From contig CM082581.2 of assembly GCA_040954595.2 (NCBI GenBank), forward strand, positions 12,274,286 to 12,338,285: a stretch of DNA of 64,000 nucleotides, in the 5' to 3' direction. This DNA comes from Balanoglossus misakiensis. Lineage: Eukaryota; Animalia; Hemichordata. The translations under genes and the position numbers were made by a program. Position 1 is the first letter of the stretch, and each line of letters begins with the position of its first letter. Below the pieces are notes generated by a model. It made no database searches and had not been told where the DNA came from. It saw only the letters and a program-made list of their open reading frames with translations. Below are positions 38,001-51,500 of this stretch, in pieces.

Positions 38001-41000
38001 TTACAAAGATCATTCCCAGAGGGGAGTCATTCCCCAACAGGGCACTTTTAGAAAATTCAATTTGGAGACCTATACATGAACAGCAGCCAAATATACTGGT
38101 TTGCTCCTGTAAATATCACAAACATTAGAGAATTGCTTCTTTCCCATTTCAGAAACTTGAGATGGGTCAAGGCAGTAAGCTTCAAATCACCATGGCAACA
38201 TAGCAGCAGCTCTTTTAATATTAAATTCACCTAAATGAACTGATCAATAAAGAGTTAGATTGAGAACAGAAATAATGGATCACGAAAAATGCATTATAAA
38301 TATTTAAAAACTGATGTTTAAATTGCAGATACATTCACAATAGAGTGGCCATTAAAGAACAAAGCTTGAATTCATTTTCAGTATTGTGAGGAACAAAGGG
38401 TAACCTTGATATTTCTCTTGGTGTTCCCAGATCATGCTTCGTTGTTCTACTAAAGACTTTGTCTGTATCACGACCTTGTCACATTTTAAGAAACCCACCT
38501 TAGTACAAAATTAATCTTGTTTTACATGCCATCTTGTTTTACATGTTCCTTTTGCATTGAATGGTGAAAATAAATGTTTCTGAATATGGCCCATTTCCAC
38601 ATCATCTCAATGGAGAAGGAATTTTGTGTGTGTTTTTCACATTTTGGTCTTTCATGGCTTCTCACATCTTTCGGTAATAATGGTGTGTGCGTGCTTTATA
38701 GAAAATCTGTTCATAGCTACCAGCCATATCTAGCCTAGAAAACTTGAGGGTATTCCTTTCGATTTGGGTAGGACAATACATCGCTGGAATGAAAGTATAC
38801 TGTCTCTCAAAGAGGAATGGTTTAATGGCAGAGTAATTTTGAAGAGACGATATCAGTGTAATGTATTGGATAAAAAGCTAAAATGACATTTTGTCTGGAT
38901 CAGATATGTCAGTGTACTGTGGATGCGAGTGAGGTTCACATTAGACAGCTAGTTTGTGTCATCTCTTTGCAGATGTAGATTTAAAATCAACTCAAAAAGA
39001 CAACTATAGATATGTCATATTGGAACAGTGCTGGACTTGGTTGCTCCTCTGGTATCAAAGTGGGGTACTTGTCGGTCTAGTGAAAAATGGAAGTGTCTCT
39101 GACTCAAGAAAATCACTTGTGACTCAAGAAAATGATCACACTGACACGTACAATTATAGGGCTGACACAAAAAGAATTGGCCAAATTGACCAGTGGATTT
39201 CACAGAATTCATGTTTGCTGGAGGACATACAGTTGGGTGTTAGTGATAATCAAGGCAGGCTTGTATTGTCTGATTATCTTTGTGGTAAAAATTCTAAAAA
39301 TCGTCAAAACCTTAGGGTAATATGACTTTCTGTGGTTGATTTTAAAAGCACTATGCCATGTTTCTTGGCACGCGAGTTCCGACTTATCGATTAAAGCGCA
39401 CTGTTTCTGGATTTCACAGAAACTGCACAAAGTTTGATTATAGGCTAGATTGGATAGGGTTCACCTGAGCTTGCAGTGTAGGCTAGATTTCCAAACACAG
39501 AGGCAGTGAAATGAGATTTATATAATGTCTTTCCTGATTTGTCAGGAAAGAAATATGCATAGTTATGTGAAACCACCCGTAAAATGTGCAATCAAATAAG
39601 TTTTCTTAAAATAGTGGAACTCTTTCTAAATACACATGGGGTAATATATCACTTTTATAGGCAATAATAAATTGTGTGTTGTAATGTATAAACCTTTAAA
39701 ATTTAATTGAAACTCGTATTTCATGATTTTATAAATTACATTTTAATATGCAATAACTGACCTTCTTTTACTGGTGATGTGGTTGATGTCGATTATACTT
39801 CAGAAATGATTCATGCCATTTTTTTTTTATGACTCACAAAACGTGATACTAGTATATGTATTAAACGTTATAGGGTCACCTATGAAATTAAGCCACAGTT
39901 GCCATGGAAAGTTTAGATCTAGCTTAAATCACAGTTTTTCTTTTTGGGTGGCTGCATGAAAAAATGTTCGACGTACCACCACATGGTCATTGGAAGACGA
40001 AGACACATCCTTTCAACCATATATGGGCATGTGTAAATAAGAGATGATTGTATTCCTTTAAGCCTAAGAGATAGACAAAATCTTAGAAGGGCAGTTCATC
40101 ATTGGAAAGTAACAAAGAAAAAAGATCTGACAGGGAATGAAATGAAACTAGTCTTGTGAGTTCTAAAAACAATAGATGCCGGAAATTGAATTATGATCCA
40201 CTCAGCCGAAGGACTTCTAAGCCAATTAGATGCATTACCACCCTCTGAGGACAGTAAGGAGCTTCCATCATAAGAAACCGAGATCTCTTGAATTTCAACT
40301 AGGTGTGATTAATGTTTGTCTCATTCCCGTGGCGACTTGATGGCCCAGGCAGTCTGTGGTGCTCGTCAAGAGCTTGTGTTGGCAATTCTGCCAATTTTCA
40401 AGGCTCTTTATTTCTCTTTGAGAAGGAATGTATGACACATAAGACATATATTTGTGTCATTTCAGGGAGGGAGTAAGGGTTCATCTCTTTGCTGTTCATC
40501 AAACTCAATATACCCGTACAAAAAGATGAAAACTAAAGCTATCCTGTTATTTTCACACAGCAGTACCTATGTAGAAAAATAGCCAAATGATAAAATAACA
40601 ATTATATTATACCAGTATATTGATGGTGTAAATCACACTATTTGATTGGTCGAGACACGACACGTGACCGTGATATATTAGCCATATACCACAGTCATAT
40701 AACATAGTTAAAGAAAATGCCTTTTTAAAATGTTTTATGCAAAGTTTCAATATACTGGCATAATATAATAGCAATAAAACACCCCCAGCCATGGTATACC
40801 ACTCGATTTTGACCAGTTCAACTCCATATACGCACGAGCGATAGCGAGTGCGTATATGTCGTGAACTGGTCAAAATCTCGTGATATACCATGGCTGGGGG
40901 TGTTTTATTGCTTAAATAACATGAAGCGGCCTAAATGCCCATCATGGTATTATTTATAGAAAACAATGAATTGGTAACTGTGGCTCACAGTGTCTTTGGG

Positions 41001-44000
41001 TAAACTCTACAGAATTTCTGTTCTTTTGATGAAAAGTTAATCAAGCTGAAACCACTTTGATCATAATTAAGTTGTCTGAAGTTGATAGGAGTCTTGTCAT
41101 TGTCTTCTGTCACCTGCACAACATTTGGAACATGACAAAGTATCTTGTTGTTTAGAAAGGGTTTTGGCCCTTCTCATTGATGTGATTGGAATTTGTCCAT
41201 TAGCACAGTCACAAAAGAAGATACTCTTTTCAAGTCTTTTGTGCTGGTCACGTCCAGTTGACTGATTCCCCTCCACTGTACCCGGATTTTAAAAGTTCCA
41301 CTCTGTTTGCGCTTAGTCAACCACGAAAGACGTAGTGTAAGACTCAAATGATTTGTTACAGTTATTATGTAAATTGTAGCAATTCTAAAGAGAGACAATC
41401 TGCAAGTACGTACCATAATTTGTAATATAAGCAGAAACAGCATCTAGCCAATGGTAGAAAGGTAGATATTTGTGTTTTTCATCCTTTTGGAGCATATGCA
41501 GTGGTCAAAATTAACAACTTCAGACTTAGAATGATTAAAAGGTGTATGGTCACTGTTGCAAATTTACATGTAGCTACATCGGGCCAACAAATTTCTCTTA
41601 GGTGCACTGATGATGCACGTACAATACTTTGGCAATTTCACCTGCCAGACGTAAAACGTATTACAATGGATGGCATATCAAGGTACATATAGGTCACTGA
41701 TGGGTTCATCAGGTCAGTTTAAAGCCTTTTTGGATGATGATTTGTGGAGAGCAAAGGAATGTGCAAAGTGACCTTTTGTGAAATAATTGACTTGTCTCTT
41801 GTGGTTGCAACAGATGAGAATTTCCTGCCATTTGTGCTTGTAGATCATCTTTGGGAGACTGTGGTCGAACCAATGACCCGTGCGAGAAGACGATGCTTAC
41901 TGATTTACATGTCAAAGCATCTAAAATGGAACAAAACACATATTTCAAGAGTAGAAGTGGCTCTATCATAGAAACCAATCAGTCATCTTCGCCTGCCAAG
42001 GGCTTTTTGCTTTTATAGGGAGATTGTAGTCGAGCCAACAACCCATGGGATCAGATGATGTCAGTCAGTGTGCTTTTAATATACATATACTTGTATAGAT
42101 ACTCTGAAATAGATTTTCAGTCTTTGGAAATTAGACCTTGGTTGAAAAAAGGTGAAAATTGTGTGGAAAACAGTGAAAACTGACTGCCTCTTCATTGCAA
42201 ATGTGTACTTCTCAAAAGTCTCTTGGGATGAAATGAAGTAGTTACCGATAAAGAATTGTAATTGGGACTCGGTATGGGAATAATGTGTGATTGACAGCAA
42301 CAGAAAAAGACTATGCAAAACTATGCAGACATTATAAAGTGTGAAAGCCCACAATGTCATTTCATCAGCTAATTTTCCACTTCACATGAGGCATACCCGT
42401 GAAATGATACTTGATATGATCTGGAAAACCCAAGAGTGAATAGGTTGATGTATTGAAATGAACAGTCGCAGGCATAGCAGCGGTAATGTCATGAACTCGC
42501 GTTTCAAGACAGCGCTGATTGATATATTGGCTCAGGAAATAAGATCTCTAACTGCCATAGCTGTTGGGCCACAATATTCATCGGTCAAAGTCTGCAAAAT
42601 TCAATGCAGGCAAAATGGATCAACAAAAATATTTCTACCAGAACATGAATGTGTGATTAGTTGAACTTTGGCTCCTGAGGTAGAAATTATTTATGAAAAT
42701 TCCCATTTGGAGCACTGAAGTCTTCTCGCTTCGGTTGAAAATACAGAATAGACATATAAAAACCTGTTGGAATGCAAGTAATCAAATTTTCATAGGCAAG
42801 AGGGTGTTGATGTTGGAAAATATATGACATTCTTTGCAAAGGCAGATAGTACAGAGACAGTATAAGTTCTATGCAGTACATGTACATAGTTTCTGTGACC
42901 TGACATTGATCTCTCAAGTGTTTAGAGACACAAGTACATGTATACCACTCCCAGCGTCTAATGTCCACAAGTATAAGGTCATAATTTATCGAGAGCAAAT
43001 TTAGAGCAGTTCATTAACACATTCAAAGGTCTGTGCCCTTGCAGCTGACATGCTCTATGCTGGCGTTACCATGGCAATGGATGTAGGTCAGACAGATGGG
43101 GCTTAACATGGTATTGATTCAGAGCTATGTAAAGTGTAAAGATATGGGTCGTGTTTACGGAACAAACCACGTATGGTGTAGAACTTTCTCTGGGCATCCT
43201 TATCTTGACGTCTTTTAAGGTCACGGGTCAGATGTCCCTCTCCTGATCCAAATGACACATTGCAAAAGACAAGCATGATTATATCCTGGAATATGTTAAT
43301 GCATGTGGTATATGTATGTTAATAAGGTAGATTTATACAAACCTTGGAGTGAAATTCAACATTTACGCTAATGGACTTTGAAAAGGAGTTACACTGATCC
43401 ATATAGCATTATTGTCTGATAGTGGAATTTTAATGGTGAATAGGATAGATAGGTAGATTGTAATCCTGCTTTTGTCATCAGAAATACTTCAGTATTTGGT
43501 ACAATGCTGATCAACATTTTTTAATTTTCCTAATGGTGTCCAAATAGGTGCCATCTGTTGAGAGACATTAAATTTCACTTTCTTCTCCATTATCTCTGGA
43601 AAGCTTTCTTTGAACTTGGTAGTCGTATTATTATTGTATGTTGGTTAAAAAAAAGCCAACTGGTAGCCATGTTGGATCGCACTGCAAAACTATGTTTTGT
43701 GGTGCAATCCAATATGGCTGCCAGTTGGCTGTTTTCATATGTTAACGTTCAGGATTATTACTAAGGCATTTTATGACTGATTGCTTTATATATTGGTACA
43801 CTTTTGGCCTAAGCTAACTGTATCTAAACCTATTTTATCATCCTGAATACATCATTTGTTTGATGGAGATGAAGATATTTTACTGCAGTTCATTTTAAGC
43901 ATCTTCATTCAAATTCATCACCCTGATTACATTAATTCGTCTGTCTGTTTGATAAGCTGAATAGATATGTAATTAATTAATGGCATAGCTCATCAGTGGA

Positions 44001-47000
44001 CTATTGTCAATTACTCAACTTGATAATTAAACGCATATTCATTACTATCACATATTCTTGCGATGCCGCAACATAGGTCAAAGGTCACTCATCTGTATAA
44101 AGTATGTGATTGAAATTAAAGGAATGTGTATTCTAATAAAAGTCATTCAGGGATATATGTATGTCAGTCTGTGTACTTTGTAGTAAACCTTCTGCTGTTT
44201 AAAAATTTAAAAAATTGATTTCACTGAACTCATCATGCTAAGACATGCATGTGGGCGTACTGTGTAGTTCTATCACTCTTTGCTCACAAATCCTCATTGC
44301 AATAATGCACATGGTTGATGTTATCACCCGCGTTTCCTGTCTCAGATCATACATCACCATAATCAGATTACTCCTTAGGCGATATTTTTCAACACACGAC
44401 AAAATGCAAAACTGTGGACCCCATACTAAAACCCTAGGCTGTTTATCATAAGAAGCATATAGTTGGCATGCAAATAACATTCATTTTTGCATTTTCCATG
44501 AATGCCGGATGTTCCCTCATCCCTATCAATCAATCAATGCCGGATAATCATCATTCCGTTCGTACAACTGGTTGTAAAACCAGCAAACCGTGAATTCAAT
44601 GAAATGATTAAAGTAACCCATCTGAGTTTTAATTTCCTGATGACAAGAATATTCTGAGCGGAACGTAGTTTAGGAGACAACCTGATCTTTTCAAGGATGC
44701 TAATAAGATAATCATAGTAAACTGTTAGAAGTAGAAGCCGTACAGACTCTGGATGAGTTGGGTATGTCGGCAATGTTGATGTAAAATTAAAATACTCATC
44801 AGTATTATATAAAGGACCCATGAATGTGATCGGAAATGTTAAGAATGCATGTGCACTGAAATGAAAGTAATGCATTTATTAGCTTGGAATGTGAATTATT
44901 GAATTCATCTCTATTTGTGTGTTAATCAAAAGTCATGATAGGGCATTGGAATGACCTTGTTATTCGCACAAATCATTGTGTCAGTATTTCCTATATGTAA
45001 TCAGATGTTTTCCCATAGCAGGAAAAGACAAAATGTGACTTAAAACGCTATGTTAGCAAAACTTTGTTTATAACTGACAATAGATGAATGTTTAGATATA
45101 CATGTATGTTGAAGGATGATAAACAAAACAAGAGGATAATTTTCTTGCAATTCTACGCCGTATCATTGAACTTCTCCACTTGTCAGCAGAAACTGATCAT
45201 CATATGAATTAGTTGAGTATGAAGGTGGATTGATATCTGTATTCTGGAGAGGCATTAATGGACACGCTTTCATGGTAACGAAATTGAATTTATCTGAGCA
45301 GATAAATTGCAATCTAGAATTTAATGTCATTATTGTCTCAGGGATCCTTGAAGTGTTATGGGTAGGAAAGCTTCAGGGGTAACCGGAAATGTTTACACCG
45401 GCCACCTGAGTTGAAATTGTCTGGAGACAAAGCTATTCTGTCCTCTTACGTGCAAATTCCACAGTAAATTCGGCACCACTTGCAGATAGACTTGCAAATA
45501 CTTCAGTTGTTTAATGGTTGAAGGATTGTTGAATCCCTAAAAGCCATGAATGTAAGGTCACTGAACGTAAAATCAATAAAATGTGAGATTAAATAAAATG
45601 CAAAATCAATAAAAATGTAAAAACTGGATTAATGGAGAATTCTGCAAGCAGGTAACGGATGTTGACACACTCAAAATTTCACATTCATTTCTGTTTAATT
45701 TTACACAGTACTTTATCTCACATAACAATAACAAAGTCTCGCTGCATCAGTATAGTATCGTTTCATAGCTAAACCTGTCGGGTACCCCCAATCTGATTAA
45801 AAATCTAATGTAGAGATGTGTCGGTGTTTTCGCTTGATGTTACTGAAAAAATGGCAATCATACCAACTTGTGCAGTCACCCCTAAAAGAAACTGAGACAG
45901 GTTAATTGGGAGAATTAAATCATCTGTGAAGAATGAAATGCGAAATGTTGTTTCTCAATTCCAGCTGTGTAGCCCAAATTAGATCTTATTTTGTTGTCTG
46001 TGTGTTTTTTATTCCATTAATGTGGCACTGTCCACAGCTTTGAAAAGAACAATTTTCATACTCAATTGAAGTCAAAATAATGTTGTATCAGATTGAGACA
46101 GCAGTGATGGCCTCTGCTGTCTATTGCTGCATTCACTTGAGAGATCCAGATTAGTAGTCCAATCAGTACAGCTTGTCTGAGTTTATCTGATTAGCAGTAC
46201 AGATGCAGCTTTTTCAGCTGCAAATTGTAAATATCAGCCATTGCTATGATTCTGAACTCAGGATTGCATTTTTAATGGAAATTTTGGAAATGATTCATGG
46301 TCGCCGAACGTATTCCGATGTACAACATATATTCCAACAGAAAGATGGAACTGCATTGTCACCAAAAATCCTGATTTGCAACAAGCTGAGCTGAGTGTGT
46401 TGCAGGCAGATAATATCAGGTCATTGTCTTGTCTGGCATCTTGAAAATTCCAATTTTCTGGATCACAGTACATAGTACTAAACATACTTCAACCATTAAC
46501 TGGCGAAGAACCTTGACTGGTTTGCCTTCAGCGTCAGATCCTGAAAATTAGACGCTCTCAGCAGAACCATGAAACTTTGCAACTGTTTCTAAATGCAATG
46601 GTCCAGATAAAATACTAAATGTTTACGAGAGTATAGAAAAAAGGGCATGAAAATACTAGGAGGTTTATAGCGACATAAAAGTTTCAGCAGCTGTTGTTTA
46701 AATACTTTCATGATTTGCTGTGTGACGCTAAAATGTGAAATGTTAAGGGTATACTTGTTCAATATGCAAGATAACATAGACATGAATATCTCTTGGAATC
46801 AATGGCTGCCGTGTTTGGTGTGATGTTGTTGTGCGAGTATATAGAGAGGGTGTACGTTGTATGTTTGTTGTGCTGTCATTACACTTGACAGGCAAAGGAA
46901 GTGTTCAACAAGCGCGATGCTAACTTGCGTAACTGTCATGTGCAATGTATTTTCAGCAAGGGTCCAATCAGCAACATGAAGTAAAACATTGCAATAACAG

Positions 47001-48516
47001 ACAACACCGTCAGTTTTGCTTACCGTTGAAAGTCAACTGTGTATGTCATAATGAAATAACTTCAGTATAGTTATTTTGACTCGATGAACATGAAAACTGC
47101 ACATTTTCACTGTTATTTATTTTGTTCTTTTATAGCCGGATACCATGCTGACAAAATGGACCACAGAGTTCTTACAGGTAAGCAAATACAGGAGAACCTG
47201 TGTAAACCGGACACCAAAGGGACTGAAGAAGTTGTTCGGTTTACAGAGGTGTACGGCGGTTATGCTGGCAGAGGAAAAGATTTACCTCCAAGGCAATAAT
47301 CCCCCAGTGATACATGTAGTAGACTGACTTTAGATAGAGTGGGGAATCTTTCGATGAACTCTTCTTCATCGTATTAGACCTTTGTGAAAGTCTCTCTGGT
47401 TCCTGTGCCATTCTGGTGGCACAGTATCACAATCACAAAAGCGGCATTTTTTTGCCCTTTCATATTTCCATTTTATTGCTTATCTTTGTTCAGTGAGCAA
47501 TGATAATAGCGGAACATATGAATCGGATGGTTTTCAAAGGGAAATAAAAGTTCAGTTCTATTCAGAAAAAATAATCCCCACTGTGTGTAATTTCTGTATT
47601 GTAGTGAAATGCTTTGTGTAAAGGGTTAATGTCCATGTCAGTCACAATGCATCAGCATGTTGTCTCATTTTCACAATAGTAATGTAACTCTGATTTTAGA
47701 TTCACATCTTCATGTGATATTTTGTGGGGGGGGGGGGGGGGGTTTCAACCAAAACTATTCAAAAGAAAATGAAAGGGCAAAGTTGTCATCTTATCGACTT
47801 TGAAGCTACAAAATTCCTAGAAAATCCTGGAATTTGGAATTGGTTGACTCGGAAGACGTTATTGGGAGAGCTGTGCTGGACATGCTGATTTTTGGAATTT
47901 TTGTTCTTACAGACTGTCAAGGAGAAACAGCCGCAGTTTATAGCCTTGCATTGTCAAGAAGTGGGTGGAAAGAACTACAGGACGAGTATGCAGCATTTGG
48001 AGCCGTTTACTAAGTAAGTCAGCAGTGTATTCATCAGTTTACCAACCCTTGACACGAGACTCAACTGTGTTTTTCTAAAATCTGTATTGATATTGATATA
48101 TGCGTATTCAGTTTAACAGCCTATATGCGTATTCAGTTTAACAGCCATCAATTCTGGTTATCCACAAAGCCACATTGCCGTGTGCTTGAGGTCAAATCAC
48201 AGGGTGCTGAAATGCATCTTGGGTAATCACAGGGTTTGAAGTGCATCTTGGGTAATCTTTTGGTATCACTCAACCTTAACTAAAATATATCTGTTCAATG
48301 TTTAACTTCACACCAAAACAAGCGATGATATTGTATGTAACCACAGTATGTGGTGAAACTTTAATCTGACTCTCATATATTTTATGTGGAGTTCATTCAC
48401 TGATGGTAATTATTGTTTTTTTCCCCAGGGCACTTCTTGAAAGCGAAGAGCTGAAACATTACAACAGAGCCAAATTTTTCCTCGATGATGAATTTGAAAA
48501 ACAAGAATCATTCACT
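35048..48516 (+). CDS. INPP5A: Type I inositol 1,4,5-trisphosphate 5-phosphatase, first 4 coding exons (98 aa); the gene continues past the window end
   Basis: Exons 35048-35110 (MTEKLANVLLITANVGSVFEE), 47136-47177 (PDTMLTKWTTEFLQ), 47913-48013 (TVKEKQPQFIALHCQEVGGKNYRTSMQHLEPFT), 48429-48516 (ALLESEELKHYNRAKFFLDDEFEKQESFT). GT-AG, phases consistent. TANVGS and ALHCQExGGKNY are INPP5A hallmarks. No further exon was found; the window ends in a pyrimidine tract plus CAG that could be the next acceptor. Confidence 0.93.
36060..36285 (+). repeat. Low-complexity (ATT)n/(AGT)n/TTTA compound microsatellite
   Basis: Runs of attattatt, agtagtagt and tttatt are visible directly. Confidence 0.85.
40601..40913. 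mobile_element. 313-bp non-autonomous element with two abutting inverted-repeat modules (Crypton/MITE-like)
   Basis: A 23-bp inverted repeat pair at 40601-40623 and 40747-40769 (1 mismatch) is followed by a 143-nt imperfect palindrome at 40770-40912. AAATAACA flanks both sides (40593-40600, 40914-40921). The family assignment is inference. Confidence 0.7.
47726..47742 (+). repeat. Poly-G tract (G17)
   Basis: 17 consecutive G in INPP5A intron 2. Confidence 0.9.
48097..48256 (+). repeat. Two short local tandem duplications in INPP5A intron 3
   Basis: A perfect 25-nt duplication TATATGCGTATTCAGTTTAACAGCC (48097-48121, 48122-48146) and an imperfect duplication of about 30 nt, AATCACAGGGT..TGCATCTTGGGT (about 48195-48256). 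Confidence 0.85.
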
Positions 48517-51500
48517 GTAAGTTTGATTCACTTTTTTTGCGTGTGTGTGCAGGCTTCCCAGAATGACAGTTATGAGACAGGGTTCGTGTCACCCTTCACT
48601 TGGTTTCCATGGTTTTATATGAAATCATTTGAGACCTGATAACCTATATAGAATAAAGCTCTGGTAAAGCAGCCTTGAGTGGCTTTCAATCATGGAACTT
48701 AAGCTTGGGATCATGTCTGCTCATTTTCAAAAGATTTAGATGTCTTATGTGCGTATTGAGCTTAGTAGAGCATCTGAAACAATAGAAGAAGCTTTTAGAG
48801 AAACTGGATGAGTATTTTTTACCAGCGAAGGGCTTTTTAATGTACGTCATGAGTCTGACGACCTCAAAATTTATGTTCAGTAGCCCTCATCTAGGAAATC
48901 CTGCATAGCAGGGCACACAGCAAACTGACATTCTCTTCTGCTGTCGCTCATTACATCTCAAGAGGTTGAGAGGTCACATATCGCGTATATTGACCTTGTT
49001 TATAGAGCGCCCTCAATGAACAACCATGCAAATATCGGGTGCATATACCGGTATATAATCCATGCTGTTCATTATGATGGCTTTCCGTGCCTTTCTCTTT
49101 CATGCAAGAGCTATTTGTGAAATTTGAGTTCATGAAAAATCAATTGAAACTTATATCAATTTCAATAAATTATTTCAACAACCTTAGTCCAATTCTTTGT
49201 AATCACCACATCTTTGATGACATCTCGCAGTGCTGGATTAATTTACATGTAGATGAAATCAGAGCAGATCAGAGGGTGTATCTATATCAAATTCACAGTC
49301 AAGTGTAATTGATTTGCAGATGAATACGGATGATAAAACCAAACTCATCTGTTTTCATCAGTGAAGATTAGATTGAGAGATAAGATAGTTCATCTGAAGG
49401 GAAGCATGCACAGAAGTCATTCTTGCATACAATTTGGATCATGTAATTGAACCCTCAAATTTTATGAATGAAGTCAAATGATGATGATGATGACAACTGC
49501 GGTGACGATAAAGATGTGATGATGGTAACCACGAAGTATGATCACACATTGTTCTGTTGCTTCCTGACTCTGGTATTAAGCCCTTTTGTGAATCCAGAGT
49601 TGTCAGACCTCCTTGGGCTCAGCAACCAGTGATGTTTTCTCTTCAGTCCCAATTAATTTTCATGGATACTTTGTGCTGAGAAGGTTAGAGGAAGTCAACT
49701 TCCTATGCATTCAACTGAAAGCCGTGTTTGAGTCCATGAAACGAATTTTCAAAGTCTAATGACTTCCAAGTTGCCTTTATTAAATCTTAGTAATTAAAGA
49801 AACTGGAATAACATGACATTTTCTTGAATTTTTCATTTGAATGTGGCCAAAAGGTTTGCACAGGGCAATTAAACGGAAAGTTGTTTATTCATCCGTGATG
49901 CATTGCAGCATCATGTGGTCATGTGATCTGCAGGCCAACAAGAAATAGAAAACGTCTTATTACAGCATTCATGCTAGCGACTTGGAAGACACTTGCCCGC
50001 ACTTACTGGCAAGTCTTGAGTGTTAGTGAAGTGAATGATGCTACAGACACAGTCCTTCAAAGGACATGATATTTGTAGAGACTGGAACTTGTTGAAGACA
50101 AGTGAAAAACAAGACATTAGACACTGTCTGTCTCTTGGCTGAAGTGCTCTTGTGGTCAAGAATTAGTGTCAAGAGACTTGTGCAGACACGTTAAACAGAA
50201 TGAAACAAATGTCTCTCTTTGGTAGAGACTGAGTTAAGTGTGTCCCCCACTGATTGCAGATCATGGATGAAGATGGAATTTGATGGGGTGGGGGTGAGGG
50301 AGGCAATATTTGATTGTTGTGGGAAGGTGATTTTAATGTATTGTTATTTATAACGGATTTTTAAAGAAAAATAAAACTCAAGAGTGAAAACTTAAAAACA
50401 ATTCTCTTACAGGCTCGAATATAAATCACTAAGGAATAGGTGAGAAATGTTGTCTATGTCAGACCTACAATATTGTCTGTCGAGAACCTTTTGAATAATG
50501 CCAGAATGAAGAACCAATGCTTCACACAAAGAAATCATTTTGCCTGTGGGTCAGAAGAGAAAATTATTTCCTGTGTAGAGATCACTTCTGCAGGGGTGGC
50601 TCATCAATGATTCATATTGCTGGAAGATATGACAATAACCTTGCGAAAAATCTACTGTACTATAGATAAAAGTCCTTCAAAGCAAACAAAATAGTTCAGC
50701 AACCTGTCTGTTTTATAGCTAAATATTGTCTGATTGTGTATGGATGCTTCACCATATTTTTTTAAGTATGGAAAAAGTAGATATGAAGTGAACACAGAGG
50801 GCGCCCAGGTATAAATTGTACTAGTGCACAATCCCTCGTGACTATCTTACAGTTGCGTAGCGGCAGTCGCTCTTCTACTATCTATGATGATTTTCCCAAT
50901 ATGTTAGTTATGTTTCAAGTATATTCCAATTCATTCGACTTGTTTTTAAAGACTATGTATGTTAACTCCAATATATAAGGTGTTAGGACACTATATCGAC
51001 AACAAATTCGTGTTATGATAACATTGCTGAAAACTGTCTCAACCAACAAACACAAATGAAGATTCAAAAGTGTTTTGAAAATGTACCAACAGAGGGCGTT
51101 CTTTGAGAGACTGCAAAATCCCGAAACCCCAGTCTTCATGCCGTACGTCAAAAACTGCCCCGTAAATCTTTTCTTGATATTCTGCTGAATTAAATTTTAT
51201 CCAACACACGTCATGTGAGAAGCTTGGTTTCACAGCGGTCTGTTGTAAATGTCAGTCCGTATTAAATATTGTTATTCTGTGTAAATTTGTGTGAACTTTT
51301 TGTACACTGTCACAAGTTATGATTGTATGGGTAGAATACATTTCACCCTTAAAATCAGAGGATTTAACCTTTCCACCTATACCCTCCCATCACCACCACT
51401 TGGTTTAAACTTTGTAGTCTTCAAAGGTATGGGTCAAACCATATACAGGGAAGTGAGGATGCAATGGGTATTGAGTCTCTGACTTTATTGAGAACTTCAT

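Noticed and set aside
50850-50890. Possible transposon end (...ATCTATG)
   Set aside because: No matching inverted end or target-site duplication was found nearby.
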